NCBI RefSeq assembly: GCF_037042905.1
Contig: NC_087250.1
Location: 16,122,001-16,186,000 of the forward strand
Reading direction: 5' to 3'
Length of the DNA stretch: 64,000 bases
Source: Lytechinus pictus
Taxonomy: Eukaryota
Shown one piece after another: positions 1-39,701 of this stretch (position 1 is the stretch's first letter; each line of letters opens with the position of its first letter). The notes under the pieces are model-generated. The model made no database searches. It saw only the letters and a program-made list of their open reading frames with translations, and was not told the DNA's origin. Both the position numbers and the translations under genes were made by a program.

Positions 1-360
1 ATAGGGGACCTGCATGTTATGCTGCAGTCGCAGGTCACATGGTAAGGTCAAAGGTCATTTTGAGGTCAGGGTTAAAGTTTACGTTCAGGTCAATGTTAGA
101 GTTTAGGTGCAAGACTGTATGACACATAACTCCGCAACCACAAGTCACGTTCCAGCCAAAACTTGGGTTGTAGATATACAGTGTACTTAGGAGACCTGCA
201 TGTTATGATGCAGTTGGAGGTCACATGGTAAAGTTCAAAGGTCATTTTGAGGTCAAAGTTAAAGTTTACATGCAAGACTCTCTTATGACACATAACTCTG
301 CAATCGTAAGTCACTTTTCATCCAAACTTGGGTTTTAGATGTAATAGTAGACCTGCATGT
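1..360 (+). mobile_element. Partial repeat with ~185-bp internal tandem units, related to the HINE-like element at 952-1834
   Basis: Repeated GGTCACATGGTAAGGTCAAAGGTCATTTT units. Confidence 0.6.
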
Positions 361-480
361 GAATATTGTGTAGTCTTTTCAGTTCAAAACAGAAAGACCT
401 TTACAATGAAACAAAGATCATATTAAAAAAAATAGTCTGTATTCCTTTAAATAATCGTTTGTTTTCTCCTATCTTTTCAG

Positions 481-28251
<27,771 letters not shown>

Positions 28252-29518
28252 TACAACCAATAGTGTCTTCATTTCTTATTGAGATACTACCTTATTGTGT
28301 CAAGAAAGGCATATCTCTTCATCTTCAAAGCCTTTAATATGAGTTTAGAGTACTGTGGCTTTACATTCATTATTTCATATCAAGACGGTTGTATCTCCTT
28401 TCGCTGTATTTTAAGTCTTAAGTAAGTCCTTGTACTATCGGGTCTTCATACTTCACTAGCTGACAAAAGGAAGTGACAAATAAAAAAAGAGTTTTTGATG
28501 TGTTGATGTTGTAAAACTTTTTTTTAATTCCAGGCTGAGTCTCATAAAAAAGACACTGATCCTGTTTTAATATATGCCTGGTTAACCACCATGCTATTAT
28601 ATTGTCAGCTACATGTATGCATAGCGATACAAATGACAGACACATTTGCCTTTAACTGGAAATAACAGGAAATTTAACCTTAATGTTACTTCCTTCCTTT
28701 TGTCAAAGTAGGGTTATATGGTACATTGCATTCATCTGGTAGATTCATAATGGTGATATCGCACCTGGCTCTCTTTAACACAAAGTTTTCAGGTTTGAAT
28801 TTAGACCATGGACTAGCACAGATTTAGTCAAATTTTGCTTAAATGTTGGTTATTTTCCATGGTCTTGATTCAAACAATCTTTGTCAATTCCACCGCTTTG
28901 TGATTTGAGGTGCGTCTTAATACTGACCATTTGTACAAAAGGTCGAGTCTTTTCTCATAGTCTTCAAACTCTACAACCCCCCCTGAGTTTGGCAAGTGTC
29001 TTCATCAGTTCTCATCAAAGATGGGACCTTTTTTAGTCAAGAAGGCCATCTCTTGTATGCCGTCATTATATGCCTACGGTAATTCGTGATTTTAATGATT
29101 TTGTATTAGTATACTTTACGTGTGGGTTGCGTCTCCTATCAGTTTTGTGTTTTCTATGTGGATTTTCAAAATCTTTTCCATTATCTGTGATAATTAAGAG
29201 GCTACATGTAGCATCTCATTCAATGTGTTTGTATCAAATACGTAATTTATTTTGTGACGAGTATGGGTTTCCATTCAGTATATGAATATAAGAATGACCC
29301 AAGTTCACCTCTTGGCTAACTTGAGTGGAACATGTGATATTGATGCATATAGATGAGCAGCTCATGTTTAGTTTACATCACAAAATTCCAACAAGAAGTT
29401 TCTCCATTATGATTTGGAAACTGACCAAATTGCCCATTTGACAAAGCAAAAATGATTTCATTTTACTTGATTTGAATTTTTGAAATAAACACTCATGACC
29501 CTGGCTCATTGTTATAAA

Positions 29519-29839
29519 CACCGGTGGATCCGGGGGGGGGGGGGGGGGGCACAGCCGGCCTGTGCCCCCCCCCCCCTTGAGAGGCACAATTAAGATATGT
29601 AATGTAAAAATGTCGTTCAAACAGAAGTGTGAAGACCTTTGGTTTTTTTTTTTCTGCTTTTTTCGTGGACGAAGTCCACTTAATTTTGGGTTAAAACCCT
29701 TGTTTGTTTTTTTTGCTTGTCAAATTTTTCCATGGACAAAATCCCCTTAATTTTTGGTCAAAGCCTTATTTTTGCTTGTCAAATTTTTCCATTAGAAAAT
29801 GTGCCCCCCTCCCTTCGAAAAATCCTGGATCCGCCCCTG
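29519..29839. mobile_element. hAT-like MITE
   Basis: CACCGGTGGATCC / GGATCCGCCCCTG ends; 8-bp TSD GTTATAAA. Confidence 0.8.
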
Positions 29840-31570
29840 GTTATAAACATATAAATTACATGGAAAGGCTTTTTTTTGTCTTGTCTTTTTTTCTTTCATT
29901 TGTTTCCCCAGTTTTCCACTTTCTCTTTGGCTCTTTTCAACAGTATTGCACATGTGTAATTCAAAACAATGCAGGGATGTGTCATAACTCTACAAATCAT
30001 ACAAAGCTTGATTTTCAGCTTACCCGAATCATGCACATTCTGGGTCCCGTCTTACAAAGACTTGAAATTGATCCGATCAATCACAAATGTGGATAGCCAG
30101 CAACGTCAACATCTAAAGTACATTTTTGTTCAAAATATTTTCTAGAAATGCCTTGCCGGTATATTCATGCATTTACTGGTTTCTTGACAATTCAGTGTGC
30201 TTCTCTTTGTTTTCAAAGGGCATTTAGGAAATTTCCAAAAGAAAACAATGATGACATTGATGGATTTCCATATACTTTAGATTGATGATGGATTTCCATA
30301 TACTTGTGATTGATCGGATCAATCGTAACTCTTTGTAAGACGGGGCCCATGACTCGCGCTTGATTTTTAAAGTTGCATTTAAACGGAGGTCTTTCAGCTA
30401 CGGGCTCTAAGAATGTTTATAACTATCTCCCTCCATCTTAGTTCACCTCATTTTTTTCTTCAGTATTTCTGATTCCATCTCTCCTCAATGTTCAAGAAAA
30501 TTCTCCATAATCTACTCTTGTGTCTCTTTTCAGTGATGCCGATCTTCAGACTTCTGCCTGAGTTCAGGCCCTCACAACATATCATTTCACTCTTTTCAGA
30601 CTATACATGTATTTTGTACAGCAACAATGGGCCTTTCATTTGTTTTTGCTTCTTTTCAGGCCAAGGGAGTCAAATAAACTGGCATCCCTACCTATTTCAC
30701 TCTTTCTTTACTTTAACCCGTCTAGAAACAAGTTACTGTGTATCGTTTCTTTGAAACTGAGAATGTCCATTCACTTGTTTGTGTTTCTTTCTATGCAATT
30801 TGTATTCTATTATGTATTATTGCAATACTGTATGTATAATCTCTCAACCGCTTCTTGACCCATTTTACCAGTAATTTTCATGAACGACTCGAAGCTTTAT
30901 TCTAATAATTATGAAAATGGTACACGTATACAATAAGTGATTTAAAAGATGCATTAATTTTGTGAGTCAAGCATGAAATACAGACATTGTACTTAGGTCC
31001 GTAGTTTGAAGTCTGGTTTAAGATTATGGGAAGCCAAATGTCAACATTTTCTTTATATTTGTGTTAAGATTATGGGAAGCCAAAAATGTCAACAATTTCT
31101 TTACATTGCATGTTCACTCCTACAATTCCAAAGAACACTAATTCAGTCGTCATTCTCAGACGGTTATGAATAATCCGAGTTATAGTTGAGCTGAGAAATA
31201 TTGAATCTGTCCTGTTGAATATTTGTGTCACAACTGGCTTTCCATAGTTTAACAACTTTGCACCAGAGTTTTAACCAAACCTCAGTTGAGAATACTAGTC
31301 TGTTTAATAGGCATTACCATGTGCACTTGATTGGAGTATGACACGCAGATAAATAAAAAGAAGACATGACATAGGGAGAGTACAGTGTATGGTGGTAACA
31401 AAATAGAGGGTGCTGATTGGCTAACGAACATGATGAGTTAGACTCTATTACCAGTCTGCTTAAGCAAAATTATAATATTAGAGTGCAACATGAAACTGTT
31501 TCTCATTGCTACACACAGTTTGGGAAATAATTATTAGACCACTTACACACTAAGTATACATATGGTTTAA

Positions 31571-32066
31571 AGGGGAAGTTCACCCTGAAAAAAAGTTTAT
31601 TGTAAAAATAGCAGAAAAAATAATAAAAAATATTGCCGAAGGTTTGAGAAAAACTCATCAAATAATTAAAAAGCTATTAGAATTTCAATTATTTGATTTG
31701 TGACATCATATGCGAGCAGCATTCCTACATAGCGAATGGTAAAAAATCAATGAAATGTCATTTTCTCCGAAAATTGAAAATGGTTTTCACTATACCTTTT
31801 GTTAATCAATAGACAAATCATTTCACACCCGATCATGAATAGAAAAAAAATTAAGTCATCAGGAACCATACAAAATTTGAAATTCATGCATTTTATATTA
31901 CATAACACATGGGGCAGCTGCTCGTCTATGACGTCACAAATCCACAACTTCGAACTCTAATAACTTTCTTACTCTTTAACGGATTTTCCTCAAATCTTCA
32001 CCAATATTTTTTACTATTTTTTCTGCTATTTTTACAACAAAGTTTTCTTCAGGGTGAACTTCCCCT
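31571..32066. mobile_element. TTAA-flanked (Kolobok-like) MITE
   Basis: TIR AGGGGAAGTTCACCCTGAA; TTAA TSD. Confidence 0.85.
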
Positions 32067-32070
32067 TTAA

Positions 32071-32327
32071 TAATATTTTCATGGTTTAATAATATTTTCA
32101 TGGTTTAATAATATTTTCATGATTTAATAATATTTTCATGGCTTAATAATATTTTCATGATTTAATAATATTTTCATGGTTTAATAATATTTTCATGGTT
32201 TAATAATATTTTCATGGTTTAATAATATTTTCATGGTTTAATAATATTTTCATGGTTTAATAATATTTTCATGGTTTAATAATATTTTCATGGTTTAATA
32301 ATATTTTCATGGTTTAATAATATTTTC
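32071..32327. repeat. 19-bp minisatellite (TAATATTTTCATGGTTTAA) x ~13.5
   Basis: Direct inspection. Confidence 0.95.
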
Positions 32328-34380
32328 CAAGACAATTCTTACCCTTGATTTAGCATGGTTACCCTTTTTAGGTGTTCAAGCATTCAAGGAATTCATTCCA
32401 TCCGGGTAGACATTTACTAAACCTGGGTGGGGGGTGGGAAATGTGAATAAATGCCTTTATAAGGATGCTGCAGTGAACCTTGAATCAGGATCTAGCAGCG
32501 TGCACCGTACTTTCCATTTGTCTTGCTCTTGCTTACATCATTTAGTGTGTGCCATTCCCATCGTGTGCACATTGCAATGCATATCCGTGTCTGTATCCTA
32601 TGCTTGATTTGTTTTTAATCTATTTCTCTGTATATAGGCCAAATGATATTGTACATAATGAAGACATTAAAAAGCTATGTATATATTGTGTGTTGTGTAG
32701 CAGAGCAGAGCCATATACTATGAACATTTTAGAACTAAATTATTCAAAGTTTAGTGGAACTGTATTCCCTTTTGAGCCAAATATGTATGGTCAGTATTGT
32801 GCAAATGTCAGTATGTAGGTGATCGATGTTTCATGCTTACTCAATTTAACTCTTTGCATGCTACAGACAGGTAATCCCTCCTGTTTCACTTGCATTGCCT
32901 ATGCTATTACACAAATGATGCATGCACATGAGTTCATTAGGCGATCTATCCTCACACGAGTTGAGGCTCTGTGCAATGGGGTGAACACAGCCTCAACGAG
33001 AGTGGATAGGTCGCATTTTGGAGGAATGAAGACATGCATCATTTGGTTTATACAACAATTTTTTTAGATTTTGTTATTTGACAATAGAGAAGAAAAAAAA
33101 TAACAAAAGCAAATGGGATTGAGACATATTTTGCCTTTGTCCGACAATTCATTTCTCTGAAAATATTATCCGTGTATGAAAGCAGTTAATTGTGTTCTTT
33201 CTTTTGTGACGCACTTTGATTCATGAATCTGAGTCGAGGGCGCACAGTCAGCCTTGTTGATGTGCTTACTTTGATGCAAACCTCAAGAAGGGTTCTGCAT
33301 CAATATCAAAATAACTTTTGATTGTTGGACAACACTTAAGAAAAGCTTTGTTTGTACTCCGAATTATGCAATGCATACATCAACGTTGTGTATTAAAGGA
33401 GAATAGACTTAATACACTTAATGTGTATTAATAGGTTGAAGTTGACAGCCCTCCTCTATGCTACTTTAGTCAAAAGGGCAAAGGTTCAATCTGGGGTTGG
33501 CCACTAGTCATACGCTTGACTTCATTATTAATTGTACATTATATGACTCCTAGATAGATCCTTGTCATTTGATTGGTTGGTCGATATCGAGAATTCAGCC
33601 CATTTTACAATGACGTCATCAACCGTGCAATGTTAGATCCATTCTTTGTGCAATTTTGGATCCATACGATGTTGTCCATTGCACGTGCGCACCCAGACTG
33701 CAGGCACCACTCGTGTTTGCGGTGGGCATGTTGTATATGTACGCGATAATCAACAGACCGCGCTCCTCGCACTGCATGAGCATATTTTGCATCGAACTTC
33801 ACAAATCTCATATGAAAAAGGATCTATTTCTAGGTGTCATATAAACCAAACAATGAATGTTCTTTTTATTCGTGCAATGGACAGAATACTTCATTCGTTG
33901 AAAGATGAAATGAATGATCGCCTCGTTGAATGGATCATTTCATCTTTCACCTTATGAAGTATTCTGTCCATTGCACTCATAAACATTCATTAATTGTTCA
34001 TTGTAGTCAATGCAATAAATCATGAAAAAACAGTTCCATGATGATTGCTGAGGTCATGGCCCCAGAACTCGACTGAATACTGCTTCTGCTTTAATAGTTG
34101 ATTATCCAACTTAGAGGTTGACCTTTGTAAAAAGGTGTGCACAAAAATGCATGCTCCAGCAGACCTAAATTTGAAAAGAATGATTCCCCGAGCTCATAAT
34201 ACAGATATAAAAATCCAAATATGTCCAATGAAAACAGAATCTGAGGAGTAAATATATTTGCAGCCACTCAATGTATTTCTTTTTTAATCAACAACAGCAG
34301 AAGAAAAGTAAGGTATAATCAAACAGACAGAATAAGAATATAAATGATGATCTTTGTATGTTTGCATGGTGAAGTTTATG

Positions 34381-34716
34381 ACGTGGAGAAGGTTTACGGT
34401 TCACCATGTGTAATATGAAGAAGGAAAGCAAATATAGCCAGAAAGATTGAAATGGAAAGACGAGAAAGGATCTAAAAAGGAATTAGAAGTATTCGTTTTT
34501 TTCTTCATCCTGCTACTACTCAAACCATCGCTACTCGAGCCATATTCAGCTCATCCCATCTGGTTTACATATCCTTTTCAGGACTTAACTCACTTTCAAG
34601 AAAATACTTCTAATTTCCTCTTTTCATCGTATCTCGTCTTTCCATTTCAATATTTCTGCCTGTATTTCCTCCCCTTCTTCATATTACACATGGTGAACCG
34701 TAAACCTTCTCCACGT
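34381..34716. mobile_element. Foldback/MITE-like element
   Basis: Perfect 44-bp IR (34381-34424 / 34673-34716) with imperfect inner continuation. Confidence 0.7.
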
Positions 34717-35159
34717 AATATAAATTATCTACATGATTGCACACATTCTTACAATAAAATGACAAAATCTAAAATACAATTGTATGGCATGACTAGATCA
34801 CAACATTTATAAGGTGCTGAAGAAAAATGTTTCTATTAAAGCATTGGCAAAATTTATATAATTGAGACATGAACATGCAATTTTTTTTCAGCCACTCGGT
34901 TCACGAACTGAAACATCAAATTCATGCAGCATAATAAGCTCAATTTCATAGAGATTTAATTTTTTTTTACGATCGTATATGAACAAAGTTTAACCTAATG
35001 AAATTATACACATGCATTGATTACTCTACATGGATGTTAATCATACAGAAGCTTAAGATATCTACTTGGTAAAATAAGGATATATTTCATCTTGCCATGT
35101 CAACTTAATGGCTTTTTAATAAGGTTTCTTTCCCAGTTGACTTGTTAGAATTTATATAT

Positions 35160-36150
35160 TGTCAACATAAGTTGACTTGGAAAGATATAATGTATGTAAC
35201 CATGTCAAAGTAAGTCAGATTGGAAAGATATAATGTATCTCAACATGCCAACATAAGTCGACTTGGAAAGATATAATGAATCTCACTTTGTCAGCATAAG
35301 TCGATTTGGAAAGATATAATGTATGTAACCATGACAACATGAGTCAACCTGGAAAGATATAATGTATCTCAATATGTCAACATAAGTCAACTTGGAAAGA
35401 TATAATGTATCTCAAAATGTCAACACCAGTCAACTTGGAAAGATAAAATGTATCTGACTTGCCAACATTTGTTGACCTGGAAAGATATAATGTATCTTAA
35501 TATGTCAACATTAATCGACTTGGAAAGATATAATGTATCTCAAAATGTCAAAACCAGTCAACTTGGAAAGATAAAATGTATCTGACTTGCCAACATTTGT
35601 TGACCTGGAAAGATATAATGTATCTTAATAATATGTCAACATTAATCGACTTGGAAAGATATAATGAGTCTCAATATGTCAACATAAGTCGACTTGGAAA
35701 GATATAATGTATCTCAATATGTCAACATAAGTCAACCTGGAAAGGTATGATGTATCTCACCATGTCAACACAAGTCAACCTGGAAAGATATAATGTATCT
35801 CACCATGTCAACACAAGTCAACCTGGAAAGATATAATGTATCTCACCATGTCAACACAAGTCAACCTGGAAAGATATAATGTATCTCACCATGTCAACAC
35901 AAGTCAACCTGGAAAGATATAATGTATCTCACCATGACAACACGAGTCAACTTGGAAAGATATGATGAATCTCACTTGCCAACATTTGTTGACCTGGAAA
36001 GATGTAACGTAACTCTGTCAACATAAGTCGACTTGGAAAAATAAAATGTATCTCACCATGACAACATGAGTTGATTTGGAAAGGTATGATGTATGTAACC
36101 ATGTCAACATAGGTCAAATTGGAAAGTTAAAATGTATCTCACCATGTTGA
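35160..36150. repeat. ~43-bp minisatellite, ~23 units
   Basis: Unit CATGTCAACACAAGTCAACCTGGAAAGATATAATGTATCTCAC. Confidence 0.95.
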
Positions 36151-38775
36151 CTTAATAAGGCTGTTTCCAATATATCTCATGATCTTCTCCTAAAGTAGAT
36201 CACCATGTTCCAGCCATGAACATTGGGAAGGAGTCAAATCAATGTATAGGTCTCTCAATATGCCCCTATTCCATTACATACAATGTCTGGTTTACTGCTA
36301 ATTAGTTTCATTAATTAAAAAAAGAGAAAGGATTTACATTCTTCATTCAATGGCTGAGTAAAATTTGTCATTATGATTCCTAGAAATAGTTTCAAAATTT
36401 TTGGTCAATTCTTGTTAAAAGTAACCTACCTAACAATACATAAAAATATCACAATGATTATATGTATAGAGTGTACATAAAATATATAAGGATATGACCA
36501 CTATTATATTGGACCATGTACTTTGTGATGGTATAAGATAATTGACAAATGAAATTATCAATAGTATTCAATATACAATTATTTTGTAGCAAGTTTTGTG
36601 TAAGTCAGTAAAATTACAATTAAAAAATTATCTATTCATTATGAACTTTCTATTTATTTCAACAGTCCCACATGTGCATTCTGATATTCTATCTAATGAA
36701 CATATTAATAATATTCAATATAAAATTATTTTGTAGCAGTGGCAAATGTGTAAGTCAGTCGATTTACAATCACAGAAAAGTACATCTATTCATTACGAAC
36801 TTCATTATATCAACAGTCCCAAATGTGGATTTTGATATTTTATGCAATGAACATTATCAGAACATACATGTACCTTATTGAATAGTCCCATGTGGGCACT
36901 TGGATGTCCAATACTTACATGATTTGTACATTAAGTTGTACATTGTACATGAAGTTGATATACATTAATTTGTCAGTATACATTTGATTACAGTATATTC
37001 TATTTATTTCATCAGTCCCACATTTGAACTAAACATACTTGTATTTCAAGGCACAGTTCCTTGTAGGGATTTGAATGTATTTCCTAGAATAATCCCCTAT
37101 GTGCATTATGGTATTGTATTAATTTGTCCGTCCAGTGCATTCTACTACATTCCTGTATTATTAATTTATTGATCGGTATGCTGAGCGTATAATTTACCCT
37201 TGTGCATACAATCCCATCAAACCTACTGGTACCAATTAGTCTCTGTACAAGCCTAATCAGTAGTCGGCAGGGTAAGACATAGCTGTATCTATTAAAGCTA
37301 ATATATATTTCAGTACATATTGAAGTTAAAACGTGAATGAAAAATTATTGGGATAATTAAGCATCTTGGCATGATTCTGTTCAGTTTGCATTTTATGATT
37401 TTCAAGACCATAATTTTGATAGACCATGATTGATGAAACCTACACACACACTCACACCAAATTTGACTTGGGTAGCTTTGTGTGGTTCATATTCAACTGA
37501 TTGGAACCAGTCCAATCAACACCATTATCAATGGGGCTATGTACATGTATATAGGTATGTATCCATATTGCATGCCAGCATTAATCCATTCCCACCAAAT
37601 CTAGGTTAGGCAATCATATATAATTTGAATGCACATCTAGCCCAATCACAGAGCTCAACATTCAGTGTTTCCATCATAGTTTATTGAAAGCTGGCTCCTG
37701 ATTGGTCAAGTGTATGGAAAGTTGCAATCAAAATATAAAATGTATTCAATATAAATTAATTATATGTATTCAATATGAATTTATTTCATGTTCATGATTT
37801 TGCTAATATCTTGATGAAATATGTGTTCATTATAGAATTTGATCTCTTATGTGGCATTAAATTCAATATGTTATGTAATAGATATTACTATTACCCTGTT
37901 ATTAGATTGACCTTTAACCTTGAATGATATACATGCATAGGATAATTGGTACTATGTACATATCCAATAAGTTTTTGTTTTCCTCTCTGTTTGAGTTACT
38001 ATTCAGTTTGTTGTACATGTCTAAATAATTTATGAAAATATATAATGATGTTGTATCAATATTATTTGTTTGTCATGAATGTAAAAAAATGGTTTGGATT
38101 GGATTATTGTTATTATATTGGTTTACTAAGAATAGCACAGGAAATACCAGCCAAAAGGCTGAATTACATTCAGTTTACAATAGACATGATATATGCAGAC
38201 ATATAAAACATACAGCATAACAATATAATAATCTTGGAAATTCTTACAACTACAAAAGTAGTTATGCAAATGATTCAAAGATAAATTGAATGGTTTTGAT
38301 TGGCTGAAATAGGTGACGTACTTTGACCACAGAGACAGCCACAGAGCTGCCAACTTTAATATTTACCTATCGGGAAGAATTTACAAAGGAAGGAGGGAGA
38401 TCTTTTTCAATTACACACAAACCAATAAAAGAAATCAATGCATGAATCAGGGAGATGATGAAAATCTGCAGTTTTTCCTTAAAAAATCAGTCAATATACA
38501 AGGATTAACCCTGACAATCGGGGAGACCTGGCAGCCCTGCAATTAAACAATTATGACTTGTAAGCTGTTGATCGGGAAAACCTGCCGGTCTTTCCGATCT
38601 TTGATTTTTAGCAGGAATCCGGCGAAAGAGGGCGCTATGCATATTTTCATAGTGGCTTTTCTGCATTTTATTTTCCCATTGGTTTGCCTATGATAAAAGT
38701 ATAGACTTGGTATTGATAAACCACTTGTGAGTTCCCCACTGAGAAAAAGGCAGCTCCCGCATTTGACAAAATTTT

Positions 38776-39701
38776 TTATTTCTTGTTGTCTATGAGAGAA
38801 TTCCAGACATCCTTATGATTAGGGGTAGAGCCTTTGCTAAGATTGTTCATGATGTTGGTGATCTCTGGAGCAGATTTCACTGCTCCTCTCAGGTCCAAAG
38901 AATTAAGACCATCAATAAGCGAAGGCATGCTCTGGAAATCAGTGCTGACAGACTGCAATGCATCTCCTGCAGAGGCATCCTGTCTCGGTGGCACCATTGC
39001 TCCTGCATCACTATGAGAAGAATTTACAGGAGTGGCCTTTGACAGTTCCTCAAGCACTATGTCCGTGATCTGATCGGTGAGATCTGGGATGAGCTGCATC
39101 AGGTATCGCTGTAAAATAGAGGAGCATACCTTGGCGATATGCATCTTGAGCTGTTCACTACCAGGATTAACGACAGAAGCAAAGCCCTTTGGAGGATGGC
39201 TTCCTGATTGCTGGAGACTTCTTCCAGAGGTTCCAAGGTTGGATTGAGCTCTCGGTGCTTCTGCTTGATGCTGACGCTGGTTCAAAGCTCCATCTGGAAC
39301 AGAATCATTCAATAACAAAACCTGTTGGCTAGCTCTTGGAGATGCTGGAATGCTTCCAGCTTCCCTAGTTACAGGTCCCAACCCTGTAACTCCTGATGGG
39401 ACCGTGCCACCTTGACCTTGATTCTGCGCCCAGAACGCTGCACCTTGCACCGCAGTCTTGTGCTTGCTGCTCTCATAGTGCTGCTTTGCAGAAGACGGTC
39501 CTGTAAACTTCTTCTGGCAGATCTTGCATTCCAAGGGGAGGGGTAATCCGTCTCCTGCAGATCGTCCAGATTCTTGAGCCTGGACTGCCTTCCGATGTTG
39601 CTTACCAGTGTAATGCTGCTTGGCTGGCTCCAATCCTGACAGATCAACCCTACAAACCTTACAGAAGAACTGATCCTCTCTGCTGATTGTGCCACCTGGC
39701 C
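38776..39701 (-). CDS. Zinc-finger gene last exon (both fingers and C-terminal region)
   Basis: tttcag acceptor, 926-nt open frame to TAA, GC-richer than flanks. Confidence 0.88.

Noticed and set aside
35160..36150. CRISPR-like regular array
   Set aside because: No unique spacers, eukaryotic context, no cas genes; an ordinary minisatellite. The same applies to 32071-32327 and 21177-23160.
38342..38539. hAT-like MITE (CAGAGCTGCCA / TGGCAGCCCTG)
   Set aside because: Short imperfect TIR and no matching TSD; too weak to list.
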